From: Burkholderiales bacterium
GTDB lineage: Bacteria > Pseudomonadota > Gammaproteobacteria > Burkholderiales > Ga0077523
Length of the DNA: 64,000 nt
Assembly (NCBI GenBank): GCA_965279325.1
Contig: OZ257154.1
Coordinates: forward strand, 3,521,340 to 3,585,339
Reading direction: 5' to 3'
Part shown: positions 18,605 to 26,814 of the stretch, one piece after another
How the letters are laid out: the number at the start of each line of letters is the position of its first letter
How positions within the stretch are numbered: the stretch's first letter is position 1
Position numbers and translations under genes: made by a program
Notes under the pieces: model-generated
Database searches by the model: none
What the model was told of the DNA's origin: nothing
What the model saw: the letters and a program-made list of their open reading frames with translations, nothing else

Positions 18605-18712
18605 ACGGTCCCTCGAACCGGCAGCCCCGCTGGCATTCGGGAGAGATGCTCTCCCGGGTAGCCCGGTGGCTTTGCGTCCCCGTCTTTCGACGGGTTTGCC
18701 CTTGTAGCTCGT
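18605..18712 (-). promoter_or_regulatory. c-di-GMP class I (GEMM-I) riboswitch aptamer in the 5' leader of the HEXXH gene
   Basis: Minus-strand read: AAGGGCAAACCCGUCGAAAGACGGGGACGCAAAGCCACCGGGCUACCCGGGAGAGCAUCUCUCCCGAAUGCCAGCGGGGCUGCCGG. It has the hallmark GGCAAACC-[GAAA-capped helix]-GGGACGCAAAGCC...CCGG...AGCGGGGYURCCGG. Confidence 0.8.
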
Positions 18713-18861
18713 CCATTGCCGGGAGGAATGAAACCCGATCCCGGCGACGCACCTATTTCGGCGGTCCGGACACTTTCTTGAGGTGATTTTTCGGGTGGCC
18801 GTCTGGCGCGCTAGATGCTTCGGTCATGACCCCCGCCACTGCCCGCCCAATCGGAGGCTCC

Positions 18862-19176
18862 ATGCTCGTCACCAATCTCGAAATCATCCCCGGCAAACGC
18901 GTCGGCAAGCACCTCGGCCTCGTACAGGGCAGCACCGTGCGATCCAAGCATGTCGGCAAGGACATCCTGGCCGGCCTCAAGAACATCGTCGGCGGCGAGC
19001 TGAAGGGCTATACCGAACTGCTCAAGGAAGCCCGCGAGGAGGCCACCGAGCGCATGGTCCAGCAGGCCCAGTCGGTCGGCGCCAATGCGGTCCTCAACGT
19101 GCGCTTCAGCACCTCGTCGATTACCCAGGGCGCGGCGGAGATGCTCGCCTACGGCACCGCCGTGTTCCTCGAGTAA
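18862..19176 (+). CDS. YbjQ/UPF0145 family (heavy-metal-binding-domain) protein
   Basis: MLVTNLEIIPGKRV...GGELKGYTELL...ANAVLNVRF...AEMLAYGTAV is typical YbjQ. Internal ATG at 18862 chosen over ORF start 18826 to match family N-termini. Confidence 0.75.
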   Translation: MLVTNLEIIPGKRVGKHLGLVQGSTVRSKHVGKDILAGLKNIVGGELKGYTELLKEAREEATERMVQQAQSVGANAVLNVRFSTSSITQGAAEMLAYGTAVFLE

Positions 19177-19182
19177 GCCGCC

Positions 19183-19623
19183 ATGTGGGATCTCGTCATA
19201 TTCGTCACCCTCGTGGTGATCGGCTACGTCGTCGGGCGCATCCTGGAGGCGAGGCACTACCGTTCGATCCGGGCGCGCGAACAGGAACTGCGCGACATCA
19301 TGCTGTTCGCCAGCCGTTTCCCGCCGACGCTCGAGCCGTTGCAGCAGGATCTGGTGGCCGGCAGCGTCGTGGTCTCGGCCGACTATTTCAAGGTCGTGGT
19401 CGCGGGCTTGCAGAGCATCGTCGGCGGTCGCATGAAGACCTACGAGACACTGCTGGATCGCGCTCGCCGCGAGGCCATCCTGCGCATGAAGGAGGAAGCG
19501 CGCGGGCGCGGCTCGAAGATGATCGTGAACGTGAAGTTCCAGACCTTTTCCATTCCGGGCCGCAAGGCCGGCAGCCTCAAGGGCGTGGAAATGCTGGCGT
19601 ACGGGACGGCCTTGCTTGCCTGA
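19183..19623 (+). CDS. Membrane-anchored YbjQ-like domain protein
   Basis: N-terminal TM helix (WDLVIFVTLVVIGYVVG) followed by a YbjQ-like core (IVGGRMKTYETLL...MIVNVKF...VEMLAYGTAL). Starts 6 nt after the upstream YbjQ gene. Confidence 0.65.
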   Translation: MWDLVIFVTLVVIGYVVGRILEARHYRSIRAREQELRDIMLFASRFPPTLEPLQQDLVAGSVVVSADYFKVVVAGLQSIVGGRMKTYETLLDRARREAILRMKEEARGRGSKMIVNVKFQTFSIPGRKAGSLKGVEMLAYGTALLA

Positions 19624-20485
19624 CTATTCGAACCCGCAGATTCCGGACGGGATCAACGTCAGCCACACGCATCCGCTGGCGGATTTCGCTCGCCTTCTGG
19701 GGGGCATCCTGGTCGTGCTGGTCGTCGTCGTCGCAATCCTCGCGCTCGTGGCGGGACACGTGGCGAAATACATCCCCTTCGAGACCGAGCTCGCCATCGC
19801 CAACCGCTTCGCCGGCCAGCTCGATCAGCCCGGATCGAAGCCCGTCGTCGACTATCTGGATGGGGTCACCCGCAAGATCGTCGCGGCGCACGACCTGCCA
19901 CCGGGAATGACGATCACGGTGCATTACCTGCCGGACGACACGGTGAACGCCTTCGCCACCCTCGGCGGGCACGTCGCGGTCTATGGCGGGTTGATGCGGC
20001 GGATGCCCAACGAGAACGCGCTGGCGATGGTGATCTCGCACGAGATCGCGCACGTGAAGCTGCGGCATCCGATCTCCACGATGGGGCGTGGAATCGTGGT
20101 CGGCGTCGCCCTGACCGTGGTCTCGTCGGCAGCCGGCGGCGACCTGGTCGGCCGGGCACTCGGACCGGCCGGGTTGCTCACCATGATGAGCTTCTCGCGC
20201 GACCAGGAACGCGATGCCGATGCGGTGGGCCTTGAGGCCGTCGTGAAGGCGTATGGCCATGCGGGCGGTGCCGACGATACCTTCCGGAAGCTGAAGGAAT
20301 CCTTTGCCGGCAAGACCAGGCCCCCGGAGTTCTTCAGCACCCACCCGCTCGACGATGAGCGCATCGCGACCATCGCCGACACGGCCCGCGAACGCGGCTG
20401 GGCCGCGACCGGGAGCCTGACGCCCTACCCGCCGGAAGTCACCGCGGCGTTGGACGAGACCCGGACCGATACGCCGAAACCGTAG
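19616..20485 (+). CDS. M48-family zinc metallopeptidase, membrane-anchored
   Basis: HEIAHVKLRHP zinc motif and N-terminal TM segment (LLGGILVVLVVVVAILALVAG). TTG start overlaps the upstream gene by 8 nt; exact start uncertain. Confidence 0.75.
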   Translation: MPDYSNPQIPDGINVSHTHPLADFARLLGGILVVLVVVVAILALVAGHVAKYIPFETELAIANRFAGQLDQPGSKPVVDYLDGVTRKIVAAHDLPPGMTITVHYLPDDTVNAFATLGGHVAVYGGLMRRMPNENALAMVISHEIAHVKLRHPISTMGRGIVVGVALTVVSSAAGGDLVGRALGPAGLLTMMSFSRDQERDADAVGLEAVVKAYGHAGGADDTFRKLKESFAGKTRPPEFFSTHPLDDERIATIADTARERGWAATGSLTPYPPEVTAALDETRTDTPKP

Positions 20486-20578
20486 TCCGAACGCGAGGTC
20501 GATTGACACGCGAGTGCCCGGGCACTTACTTTGTGCGCTGCGTCATCCGTGCGGCGTTCCGCACAAGGATCCTCGGAC

Positions 20579-21880
20579 ATGCGTGTGCTCGTGCTGGGTG
20601 CCGGCGTGGTGGGTACCGCGTCGGCCTGGTATCTGTCGAAGGCCGGTCATGAAGTGACCGTGGTCGATCGACAGCCCGCAGCGGGGCTCGAGACCAGCTT
20701 CGCCAACGGCGGGCAGATTTCCGTGAGTCACGCGGAACCGTGGGCCAATCCCGGCGCGCCGGCGAAGATCCTGAAATGGCTGGCGAAGGAGGATGCACCG
20801 CTGCTGTTCCGGCTGCGTGCCGACTCGGCCCAGTGGTCCTGGGGCCTGCGCTTCCTGCGGGAGTGCCTGCCCGGTCGTACGCGCGACAACATCCTCCAGA
20901 TTCTCAACCTGGGCGTGTACAGCCGCACCGCGCTGCAGGCGTTGCGGGCCGAGACGGACATCCGCTACGACCAGCTCGAACGCGGCATCCTCCATTTCTA
21001 CACCAACCCGGCCGAGTTCGAAGCGGCGCTGGAGCCGGCGCGAGTCATGCGCGAGTTCGGCGTCGAGCGCCAGGTGAAGACCGCTGCCGAATGCGTGGCG
21101 ATCGAACCCGCACTCGAGACCGCACGCAGCCGTATCGCGGGCGGCACCTACACGCCGACCGACGAATCGGGCAATGCGCACAAGTTCACCACGGAGCTCG
21201 CGCGGCTGTGCGCCGCGCGCGGGGTCGCGTTCCGATTCGGCGCCCAGGTCCGTGAACTGCTCCGGGCCGGTGATCGTATCGAGGGTGTGCGCGTGGTTGG
21301 CGGCGACGGCGACGAGGCAACGATCACCGCGGATGCCTACCTGCTGGCCTTCGGCAGCTACAGCCCGCTGCTCCTGCGGCCGCTCGGATTGTCGATTCCA
21401 GTCTACCCGGCGAAGGGCTACTCGATCACGGTGCCGATCGCCGATTCCAGCCGTGCGCCCACGGTGAGCCTCACCGACGACGAGCACAAGCTCGTGTTCT
21501 CGCGCCTCGGCGGCGAGTTGCGGGCGGCCGGCACCGCCGAGCTGACCGGGTACGACACGAGTATCAACCGGGTGCGATGCGAAGCCATCGTCAAACGCAC
21601 CGAGGACCTCTTTCCCGGCTTCGGCGACCTGGCGCAGGCGCGCTTCTGGACCGGTCTCAGGCCCGCGACGCCGGGCAACGTGCCCCTGATCGGTCGCTTC
21701 GGCCTCGCCAACTTGTTCCTCAATACCGGCCACGGTACGCTCGGCTGGACGCAGGCGTGCGGATCGGGCCGCGCCATCGCCGACATCGTCAGCGGGCGCG
21801 TCCCGGACGTGGATTTCCGTTTCATCGGCCTCGAACCGTCATCGAAACCGGTTTCGAACGAACACCGCCGAGCGGCCTGA
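20579..21880 (+). CDS. dadA: D-amino-acid dehydrogenase (FAD-dependent)
   Basis: MRVLVLGAGVVGTASAWYLSKAGHEVTVVDRQ dinucleotide fold and DadA-like length and sequence. ATG at 20579 verified. Confidence 0.8.
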   Translation: MRVLVLGAGVVGTASAWYLSKAGHEVTVVDRQPAAGLETSFANGGQISVSHAEPWANPGAPAKILKWLAKEDAPLLFRLRADSAQWSWGLRFLRECLPGRTRDNILQILNLGVYSRTALQALRAETDIRYDQLERGILHFYTNPAEFEAALEPARVMREFGVERQVKTAAECVAIEPALETARSRIAGGTYTPTDESGNAHKFTTELARLCAARGVAFRFGAQVRELLRAGDRIEGVRVVGGDGDEATITADAYLLAFGSYSPLLLRPLGLSIPVYPAKGYSITVPIADSSRAPTVSLTDDEHKLVFSRLGGELRAAGTAELTGYDTSINRVRCEAIVKRTEDLFPGFGDLAQARFWTGLRPATPGNVPLIGRFGLANLFLNTGHGTLGWTQACGSGRAIADIVSGRVPDVDFRFIGLEPSSKPVSNEHRRAA

Positions 21881-21931
21881 AACCAGGGCCGCGAGTTTTC
21901 CTCCCACCGCAAGAACAAGGAGACCCCCACC

Positions 21932-23680
21932 GTGAATAACCGATCGTTGCGCAACTGGCTCATCGCAGCCGTATTCGCCGGATTGCCGTCCGCCGCGATG
22001 GCGGGTCCCTCCGACGCCGATCTCGCCGCGGCGGGAAAGAACCGGAGCGACTGGCTGATGTACGGCCGTAGCTACGACAACCAGCGCTTCAGCCCGCTTA
22101 CGCAGATCAAGCCCGCGAACGTGAAGAATCTGCGGCCGGTCTGGACCGCCGGGCTGAATTCGCTCGACGGCCTCGAGGCCACGCCCGTGGTCCACGGCGG
22201 CGTGCTCTATGCGACCGGCTCCCACTCCAACGTCTTCGCCTTCGACGCGGTCACCGGCCGCCGCCTCTGGCACTGGGCACCCGAGGAACCGGAAGGGCTC
22301 GGCACCGTGCTGTGCTGCGGCCCGGTGAATCGCGGTGTCGCGATCCACGGCGACCTCGTCTACGTGCTGACGCTGGATGCGCGGGTCGTTGCGCTCAACA
22401 AGGACACCGGCGCGGTCACCTGGGAGAAGGTCATCGATGACTGGAAGACGGGCTACTCCGCCACCGGTGCACCTCTGGTGGTGAAGGGCAACGTCATCGT
22501 CGGCGTCGCGGGAGGCGAGTACGGCATCCGTGGCTACATCCGCGCCTATGACGCGAACACCGGCGAAGAGAAGTGGACCACCTACACCATCCCCGGACCG
22601 GGCGAACCCGGCAACGAGTCCTGGCCCGGCGATACCTGGAAAACGGGCGGCGGTGCCACGTGGCAATCGGGTGCCTTCGATCCGGAGCTCAACCTGCTCT
22701 ACTGGGGCACGAGCAACCCCGGTCCGTGGACGTCGAACCTGCGCACCGGCGACAACAAGTGGACGGCCTCCCTGATCGCGCTCGATCCCGACTCCGGCAA
22801 GATCCGCTGGGGCTTCCAGTACACGCCCAACGACGGCTGGGATTACGACGGCAACAACGCGCCGATCCTCGCCGACATCTCCGTCGGCGGCAAGCCGGTG
22901 AAGGCCGCGCTGCAGACCAACCGCAACGGTTTCTTCTACGTGCTCGACCGCACCAACGGCAAGTTCATCTATGCCGTGCCGACGCTCGAAGGCATCAACT
23001 GGACCTCGGGCCTCGATCCGGTCACGGGCCGGCCGACGGTGAACGAGAAGATGCGCCCGCTCGCCGACGGGCAACCGGTATTGCCGATCATCCCGGGACT
23101 CGAAGGCGGAACCAACTGGTTCCCGATGGCGTTCAATCCGGACATGAAGGTCGCGTTCGTCCCGACCAACACGTGGGCGATGGCGCTGACCGGCTACAAA
23201 CCCGAGGACATCAAGTACGAGCCGGGCAAGGTGTACATGGGCATGGACTACAAGATGCACACGCTCGGTGACACGGTCGGCCGCCTCCGCGCCTTCGACG
23301 TGCAGAACAAGAAGTGGCTATGGGAGATCCCGAGCCCGCTGCCGGTGTTCGCGGGCGTGCTCGCGACCAAGTCGGGCCTCGTCTTCACCGGTGACCAGCT
23401 CGGTTTCTTCTATGCTGCCGACGCGAAGAGCGGCAAGGTGTTGTGGCGCTACCAGACCGGTTCCGGTATCAACGCTTCGCCGGTGACCTATGAAATCGGC
23501 GGCAAGCAGTACGTCGCGATTCTCTCGGGCCTCGGCGGCGATCCGAGCTTCTACTACAGCGCGCCGAAGGGCAACAGCCTGTTCGTGTTCGCGCTCGACA
23601 ACGCCAGCCACGCGAAAGCGGGTAGCGGCAAATGGGGCGTGACGAACATCGAGGGCGCCCTGACGCCGGTGCCGAAGTAA
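21932..23680 (+). CDS. PQQ-dependent alcohol dehydrogenase (methanol/ethanol family), lanthanide-type signature
   Basis: GTG start with AAGGAGA 9 nt upstream; signal peptide. Vicinal CC (VLCCGPVNRG). Propeller W-motifs. NDGWDYDGNN has Asp two residues after the catalytic Asp. Confidence 0.85.
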   Translation: MNNRSLRNWLIAAVFAGLPSAAMAGPSDADLAAAGKNRSDWLMYGRSYDNQRFSPLTQIKPANVKNLRPVWTAGLNSLDGLEATPVVHGGVLYATGSHSNVFAFDAVTGRRLWHWAPEEPEGLGTVLCCGPVNRGVAIHGDLVYVLTLDARVVALNKDTGAVTWEKVIDDWKTGYSATGAPLVVKGNVIVGVAGGEYGIRGYIRAYDANTGEEKWTTYTIPGPGEPGNESWPGDTWKTGGGATWQSGAFDPELNLLYWGTSNPGPWTSNLRTGDNKWTASLIALDPDSGKIRWGFQYTPNDGWDYDGNNAPILADISVGGKPVKAALQTNRNGFFYVLDRTNGKFIYAVPTLEGINWTSGLDPVTGRPTVNEKMRPLADGQPVLPIIPGLEGGTNWFPMAFNPDMKVAFVPTNTWAMALTGYKPEDIKYEPGKVYMGMDYKMHTLGDTVGRLRAFDVQNKKWLWEIPSPLPVFAGVLATKSGLVFTGDQLGFFYAADAKSGKVLWRYQTGSGINASPVTYEIGGKQYVAILSGLGGDPSFYYSAPKGNSLFVFALDNASHAKAGSGKWGVTNIEGALTPVPK

Positions 23681-23746
23681 CTGCTGTCCTTGTAATCTGC
23701 GGCGCGCCGTCCACGCGGATGGCGCGCCGCGCGTTCGAATCCCACG

Positions 23747-24121
23747 ATGAAGATCCACTCGTACTTCCTGTGTGCCTTCGCCGCGTTGCTGACGGTCGGC
23801 GATGCCGCCGGTCAGGCGCACCAGCCGCCCAAGATCGAGGCCGACACCTATGTCTGGGAGAACGCGGAGAATCCGTTCAGCGGCAACGCGGAGTCCATCG
23901 CCGAGGGTCAGCGCCTGTACCGGAGCACCTGCTACATCTGTCACGCGGATACCGGCTCGCGCGGCCCGAACCTGCGCAAGTCCAGGCTGAAGGGTCAGGC
24001 ATTCCTGAAGGTCGTGATCAACGGCAAGAAGGGCACTCAGATGCCGGCCTGGAAAGGCAAGCTCTCCGAAGAGGAGATGTGGAAGATCTACAGCTTCCTC
24101 GAGGTACCCCTGCCGCAGTAG
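23747..24121 (+). CDS. Small periplasmic c-type cytochrome
   Basis: Signal peptide, a single CYICH haem-binding motif and a distal Met (GTQMPAW). Directly downstream of the PQQ dehydrogenase. Confidence 0.8.
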   Translation: MKIHSYFLCAFAALLTVGDAAGQAHQPPKIEADTYVWENAENPFSGNAESIAEGQRLYRSTCYICHADTGSRGPNLRKSRLKGQAFLKVVINGKKGTQMPAWKGKLSEEEMWKIYSFLEVPLPQ

Positions 24122-24128
24122 CCGGAAC

Positions 24129-24207
24129 TCAGCCCTCGCCAGGCCGCCCTAAGAGGGCTGGCCCCCGGGGGAGAGGCCGAAAGGCCTATCGGGGGAACGT
24201 CACCTCA
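24129..24207. repeat. REP-like GC-rich intergenic element, copy 1
   Basis: TCAGCCCTCGCC...AAGAGGGCTGGCCCCCGGGGGAGAGGCCGAAAGGCCTATCGGGGGAACGTCACCTCA. Near-identical copy at 41003-41157. Confidence 0.8.
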
Positions 24208-25011
24208 GAGCAGCCCGTAGAGCATCTTCGCGGCGAGGATCGACAGCACCACCGCGAACACACGCTTGAGTTTGCGAATCGGAAGGGTGTGCGTGAGCCT
24301 CGCGCCGATGGGTACCGTGACGAAGGTGCCGGCCACGATGCCCACGAACGCGGGCAGGTAGACGTAGCCGATGGACAAGGCGGGCAGGTGATCCTTGTCC
24401 CAGCCCATCCACAGGTAACCGACCACGCCCGCGAGCGCGATGGGGATACCCAGCGCCGAGGAGGTCGCCACGCACTGGCGCATGGGGACGTTGCACAGGC
24501 TCATGAGCGGGATGCTGACGAAGCCGCCACCCGCACCCACCAGCGCCGACATCACGCCCACCACGCCGGCACTCGCCTGCAATCCGACCGGCCCGGGCAA
24601 TTGCCGCGACGCCTTGGGCTTCAGGTCGAACAGCATGTTGATCGCGGAATAGATCACGAATGCGAGGAACACCATCGCCAGCCACTTGGAGCGGAACTGT
24701 TCGGCGATCACCGCACCGAGCAGCGTGCCCGCGACCAGGCCGAAGGCGGAGTTGCGCACGATGTCCCAGCGCACCGCGCCGTGGGTGTGGTGCGACCAGG
24801 CGCTCTTCATCGACGTGAACACGATGGTGGCCATCGACGTGCCGAGCGCCAGGTGCATCACGCGATCTGCCGGAAAGCCCTGGGCATTGAACGCGATTAC
24901 CATCAGTGAGACGAGGATGAGGCCGCCGCCGACGCCGAGCAGGCCCGCGAAGAAACCCGCGAACAACCCCATCGCGGGATAGACCAGCCACCAGATCGAG
25001 AGCTCTGGCAC
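24205..25011 (-). CDS. TSUP (TauE/SafE) family anion permease
   Basis: Polytopic protein with GLLGVGGG and GAGGGF motifs, 268 aa. Confidence 0.8.
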   Translation of the reverse strand: MPELSIWWLVYPAMGLFAGFFAGLLGVGGGLILVSLMVIAFNAQGFPADRVMHLALGTSMATIVFTSMKSAWSHHTHGAVRWDIVRNSAFGLVAGTLLGAVIAEQFRSKWLAMVFLAFVIYSAINMLFDLKPKASRQLPGPVGLQASAGVVGVMSALVGAGGGFVSIPLMSLCNVPMRQCVATSSALGIPIALAGVVGYLWMGWDKDHLPALSIGYVYLPAFVGIVAGTFVTVPIGARLTHTLPIRKLKRVFAVVLSILAAKMLYGLL

Positions 25012-25012
25012 G

Positions 25013-25468
25013 CTAGAACAGCGTTTCGATGAAGCGCCACTCCTCGGGCGTCACCGGCGTGATGGACAGCCGGTTGCCCCGCTGAAGGATGATCATCCTG
25101 GCGAGCTGTGGGTGCTCGCGCAGTTCCGGCAGGCCGATGAGCCGCGTCTTCTTCACGAGCTTCACGTCGACCAGCATCCAGCGCGGCTGTTCACGCGTGG
25201 CCTTGGGGTCGAAATACTTGCCCTTCGGATCGAACTGCGTGTCGTCGGGATAGGGCGTGCTCGCCACCTTCGCGATCCCGGCGATGCCCGGCTCGGGACA
25301 ACTCGAGTGATAGAAGAGCACCGGATCGCCCAGCTGCATCTGGTCGCGCATGTAGTTGCGCGCCAGGTAGTTGCGCACCCCGAACCAGGGCACGGTCTTC
25401 TTCGGCATGCCGGCGACGTCGTCGACGCTGACCTCGTCGGGTTCGGACTTCATCAACCAGTGGCGCAT
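25013..25468 (-). CDS. EVE domain protein
   Basis: MRHWLMKSEPDEVSVDD...VRNYLARNYMRD...GDPVLFYHS is typical of EVE/PUA-like proteins. Confidence 0.8.
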   Translation of the reverse strand: MRHWLMKSEPDEVSVDDVAGMPKKTVPWFGVRNYLARNYMRDQMQLGDPVLFYHSSCPEPGIAGIAKVASTPYPDDTQFDPKGKYFDPKATREQPRWMLVDVKLVKKTRLIGLPELREHPQLARMIILQRGNRLSITPVTPEEWRFIETLF

Positions 25469-25488
25469 GTTCGGATGCCTTCGTCTCG

Positions 25489-25522
25489 AAAAAAGGAAGA
25501 GGCGGCTCGAGCCGCCTCTTCC
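25489..25522 (-). terminator. Rho-independent terminator closing the 6S RNA
   Basis: GGAAGAGGCGGCUCGAGCCGCCUCUUCC perfect hairpin followed by UUUUUU on the minus strand. Confidence 0.75.
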
Positions 25523-25524
25523 GT

Positions 25525-25720
25525 ACTACGGGTGCCCCCCGCAAATGCCGTTTGGCCGGGTCCCTTGAACCGGGCGGTTCAAGAGTGGTCGTGATCCGGG
25601 CGCCGCAGGTACGTCCGACGTGGGACGCGCACAAAAGCGCCTGACTGGTTCACAACGCTACGAAGTGCATTGGTTCAGAGAACATCGGCCTTGGCGAACA
25701 CCGCAGGGAGCGAAGCTTCA
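25525..25720 (-). ncRNA. ssrS: 6S RNA
   Basis: Conserved position immediately 3' of zapA. 5' arm CCCUGCGGUGUUCGCCAAGGCC (25708-25687) pairs imperfectly with 3' arm GGCCAAACGGCAUUUGCGGGGGG (25557-25535). Ends at a terminator. Ends approximate. Confidence 0.65.
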
Positions 25721-25774
25721 CGGCACCGCGACGCCATCGCATCGCGAACTCCCCGATTCCTCGCTTGGGCGATC

Positions 25775-26086
25775 TCAGAACAGCTCGTCCTGACTGGACA
25801 GCGCTGCGTCGATCACCGACTGCATGTGACGCATTCTACGCTTGACCTCGCCGACATCAAATCCGCCGGGCACGCGCGTGGTGAGCAATTCATGGGCAAT
25901 GTTGAGCGCGGCCATGACCGCGATGCGCTCGGTGCCGATGACCTTGCCCTGGTCGCGGATGTCGCGCATCTTGCGATCGAGATAGTCCACGGCGCGCAGC
26001 AGCTCGGGCTCTTCCTCGTCGGTGCACGAGATGCGGAAGTCGCGACCGAGAATCTGCACGTCGAGCGATTTCGCTTCCTTGCTCAT
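25775..26086 (-). CDS. zapA: Cell division protein ZapA
   Basis: VQILGRDFRISC...ERIAVMAALNIAHELL matches the ZapA pattern. Confidence 0.85.
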   Translation of the reverse strand: MSKEAKSLDVQILGRDFRISCTDEEEPELLRAVDYLDRKMRDIRDQGKVIGTERIAVMAALNIAHELLTTRVPGGFDVGEVKRRMRHMQSVIDAALSSQDELF

Positions 26087-26286
26087 GTGCCGCTGTCCTC
26101 CGGCAGGCGCGTGAGGACGCCCTCGAGGCGGACACGGGCCGCCGTCATCCGGTCGCGCATCAGCTTGCCTTCGTTCTGCGATGCGACGAGCTGCTGCCGC
26201 AGCTCCCCATTTTCCAACCGTAACCGCTCCGCGACCCGGATAAGGTGCTGGATCCGCTCGTCAAGGGTGTTCAGTTCGGCTTCCAT
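26083..26286 (-). CDS. Small coiled-coil protein (ZapB-like / TIGR02449-like)
   Basis: 67-aa heptad-rich protein overlapping the zapA start by 4 nt. Confidence 0.6.
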   Translation of the reverse strand: MEAELNTLDERIQHLIRVAERLRLENGELRQQLVASQNEGKLMRDRMTAARVRLEGVLTRLPEDSGT

Positions 26287-26461
26287 GGCTGGGACTATAC
26301 TTAGGAAAAATCATAAGAGTCAACGGATAACAAGACGTTTTGCATCCTGTTTTGCAGAACTTTCATCGATCCCCGCGTTGGCGCAAGACCCGTGCCTCGC
26401 CGGACCTCCGGTCTGCGTGCGTTCGGCCCGTGGATCGATTCGCGCTACACTCCAGCCCAAG

Positions 26462-26650
26462 TTTCAGGTGCCCGCGCCGGGTTTCCCGGCAGGGTTAAAC
26501 GGGAAACAGGTGAGCGGTTCGCGCCGCGATGCCTGTGCTGCCCCCGCAACGGTCAGTGAGGATGAGTGCGTCACGATGCCACTGTCGGCACGTGTCGCCC
26601 CGGGCTTGAGCCCGGGCCGACACCCGATGGGAAGGCGGCGCCCTTGGTCT
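26462..26650 (+). promoter_or_regulatory. Cobalamin (B12) riboswitch
   Basis: GGUUAAACGGGAAACAGGUGAGC...CCUGUGCUGCCCCCGCAACGGUCAG...GCCACUG (26578-26584)...GGGAAGGCGG. Upstream of a BtuB-like receptor. Confidence 0.85.
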
Positions 26651-26814
26651 CGCGAGCCCGGATACCGGCCAGGAACCCGACCGGCACGATTCCGCGGGGG
26701 GCGGACACCGGCGACGGTCGGTTCCCGACGGTCGCTGCCCCGACCACCCATGGCGTCATGTCATTCCGATTCAAGGCGTGCGGAGGGCACGCCACCACCA
26801 GGGTGGGGGACATC

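Noticed and set aside
18540-18800. Structured region considered as RNase P RNA, SRP RNA, tmRNA, or a plus-strand leader for ybjQ.
   Set aside because: None of their conserved cores (e.g. GAGGAAAGUCCGGGC, tmRNA tag/acceptor end) are present. The minus-strand reading matches the GEMM-I core much better.
20543-23260. ORFs 20543-21733 (minus, 396 aa) and 21839-23260 (minus, 473 aa).
   Set aside because: Antisense shadows of dadA and the PQQ dehydrogenase, both of which have clear family motifs. The translations are Arg/Gly/Ala-rich with no motifs.
23632-24909. ORF 23632-24909 (plus, 425 aa) spanning the cytochrome c gene, a REP element and the TSUP gene.
   Set aside because: Crosses an intergenic repeat and overlaps two well-supported genes. 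Composition is typical of an off-frame GC-rich read.
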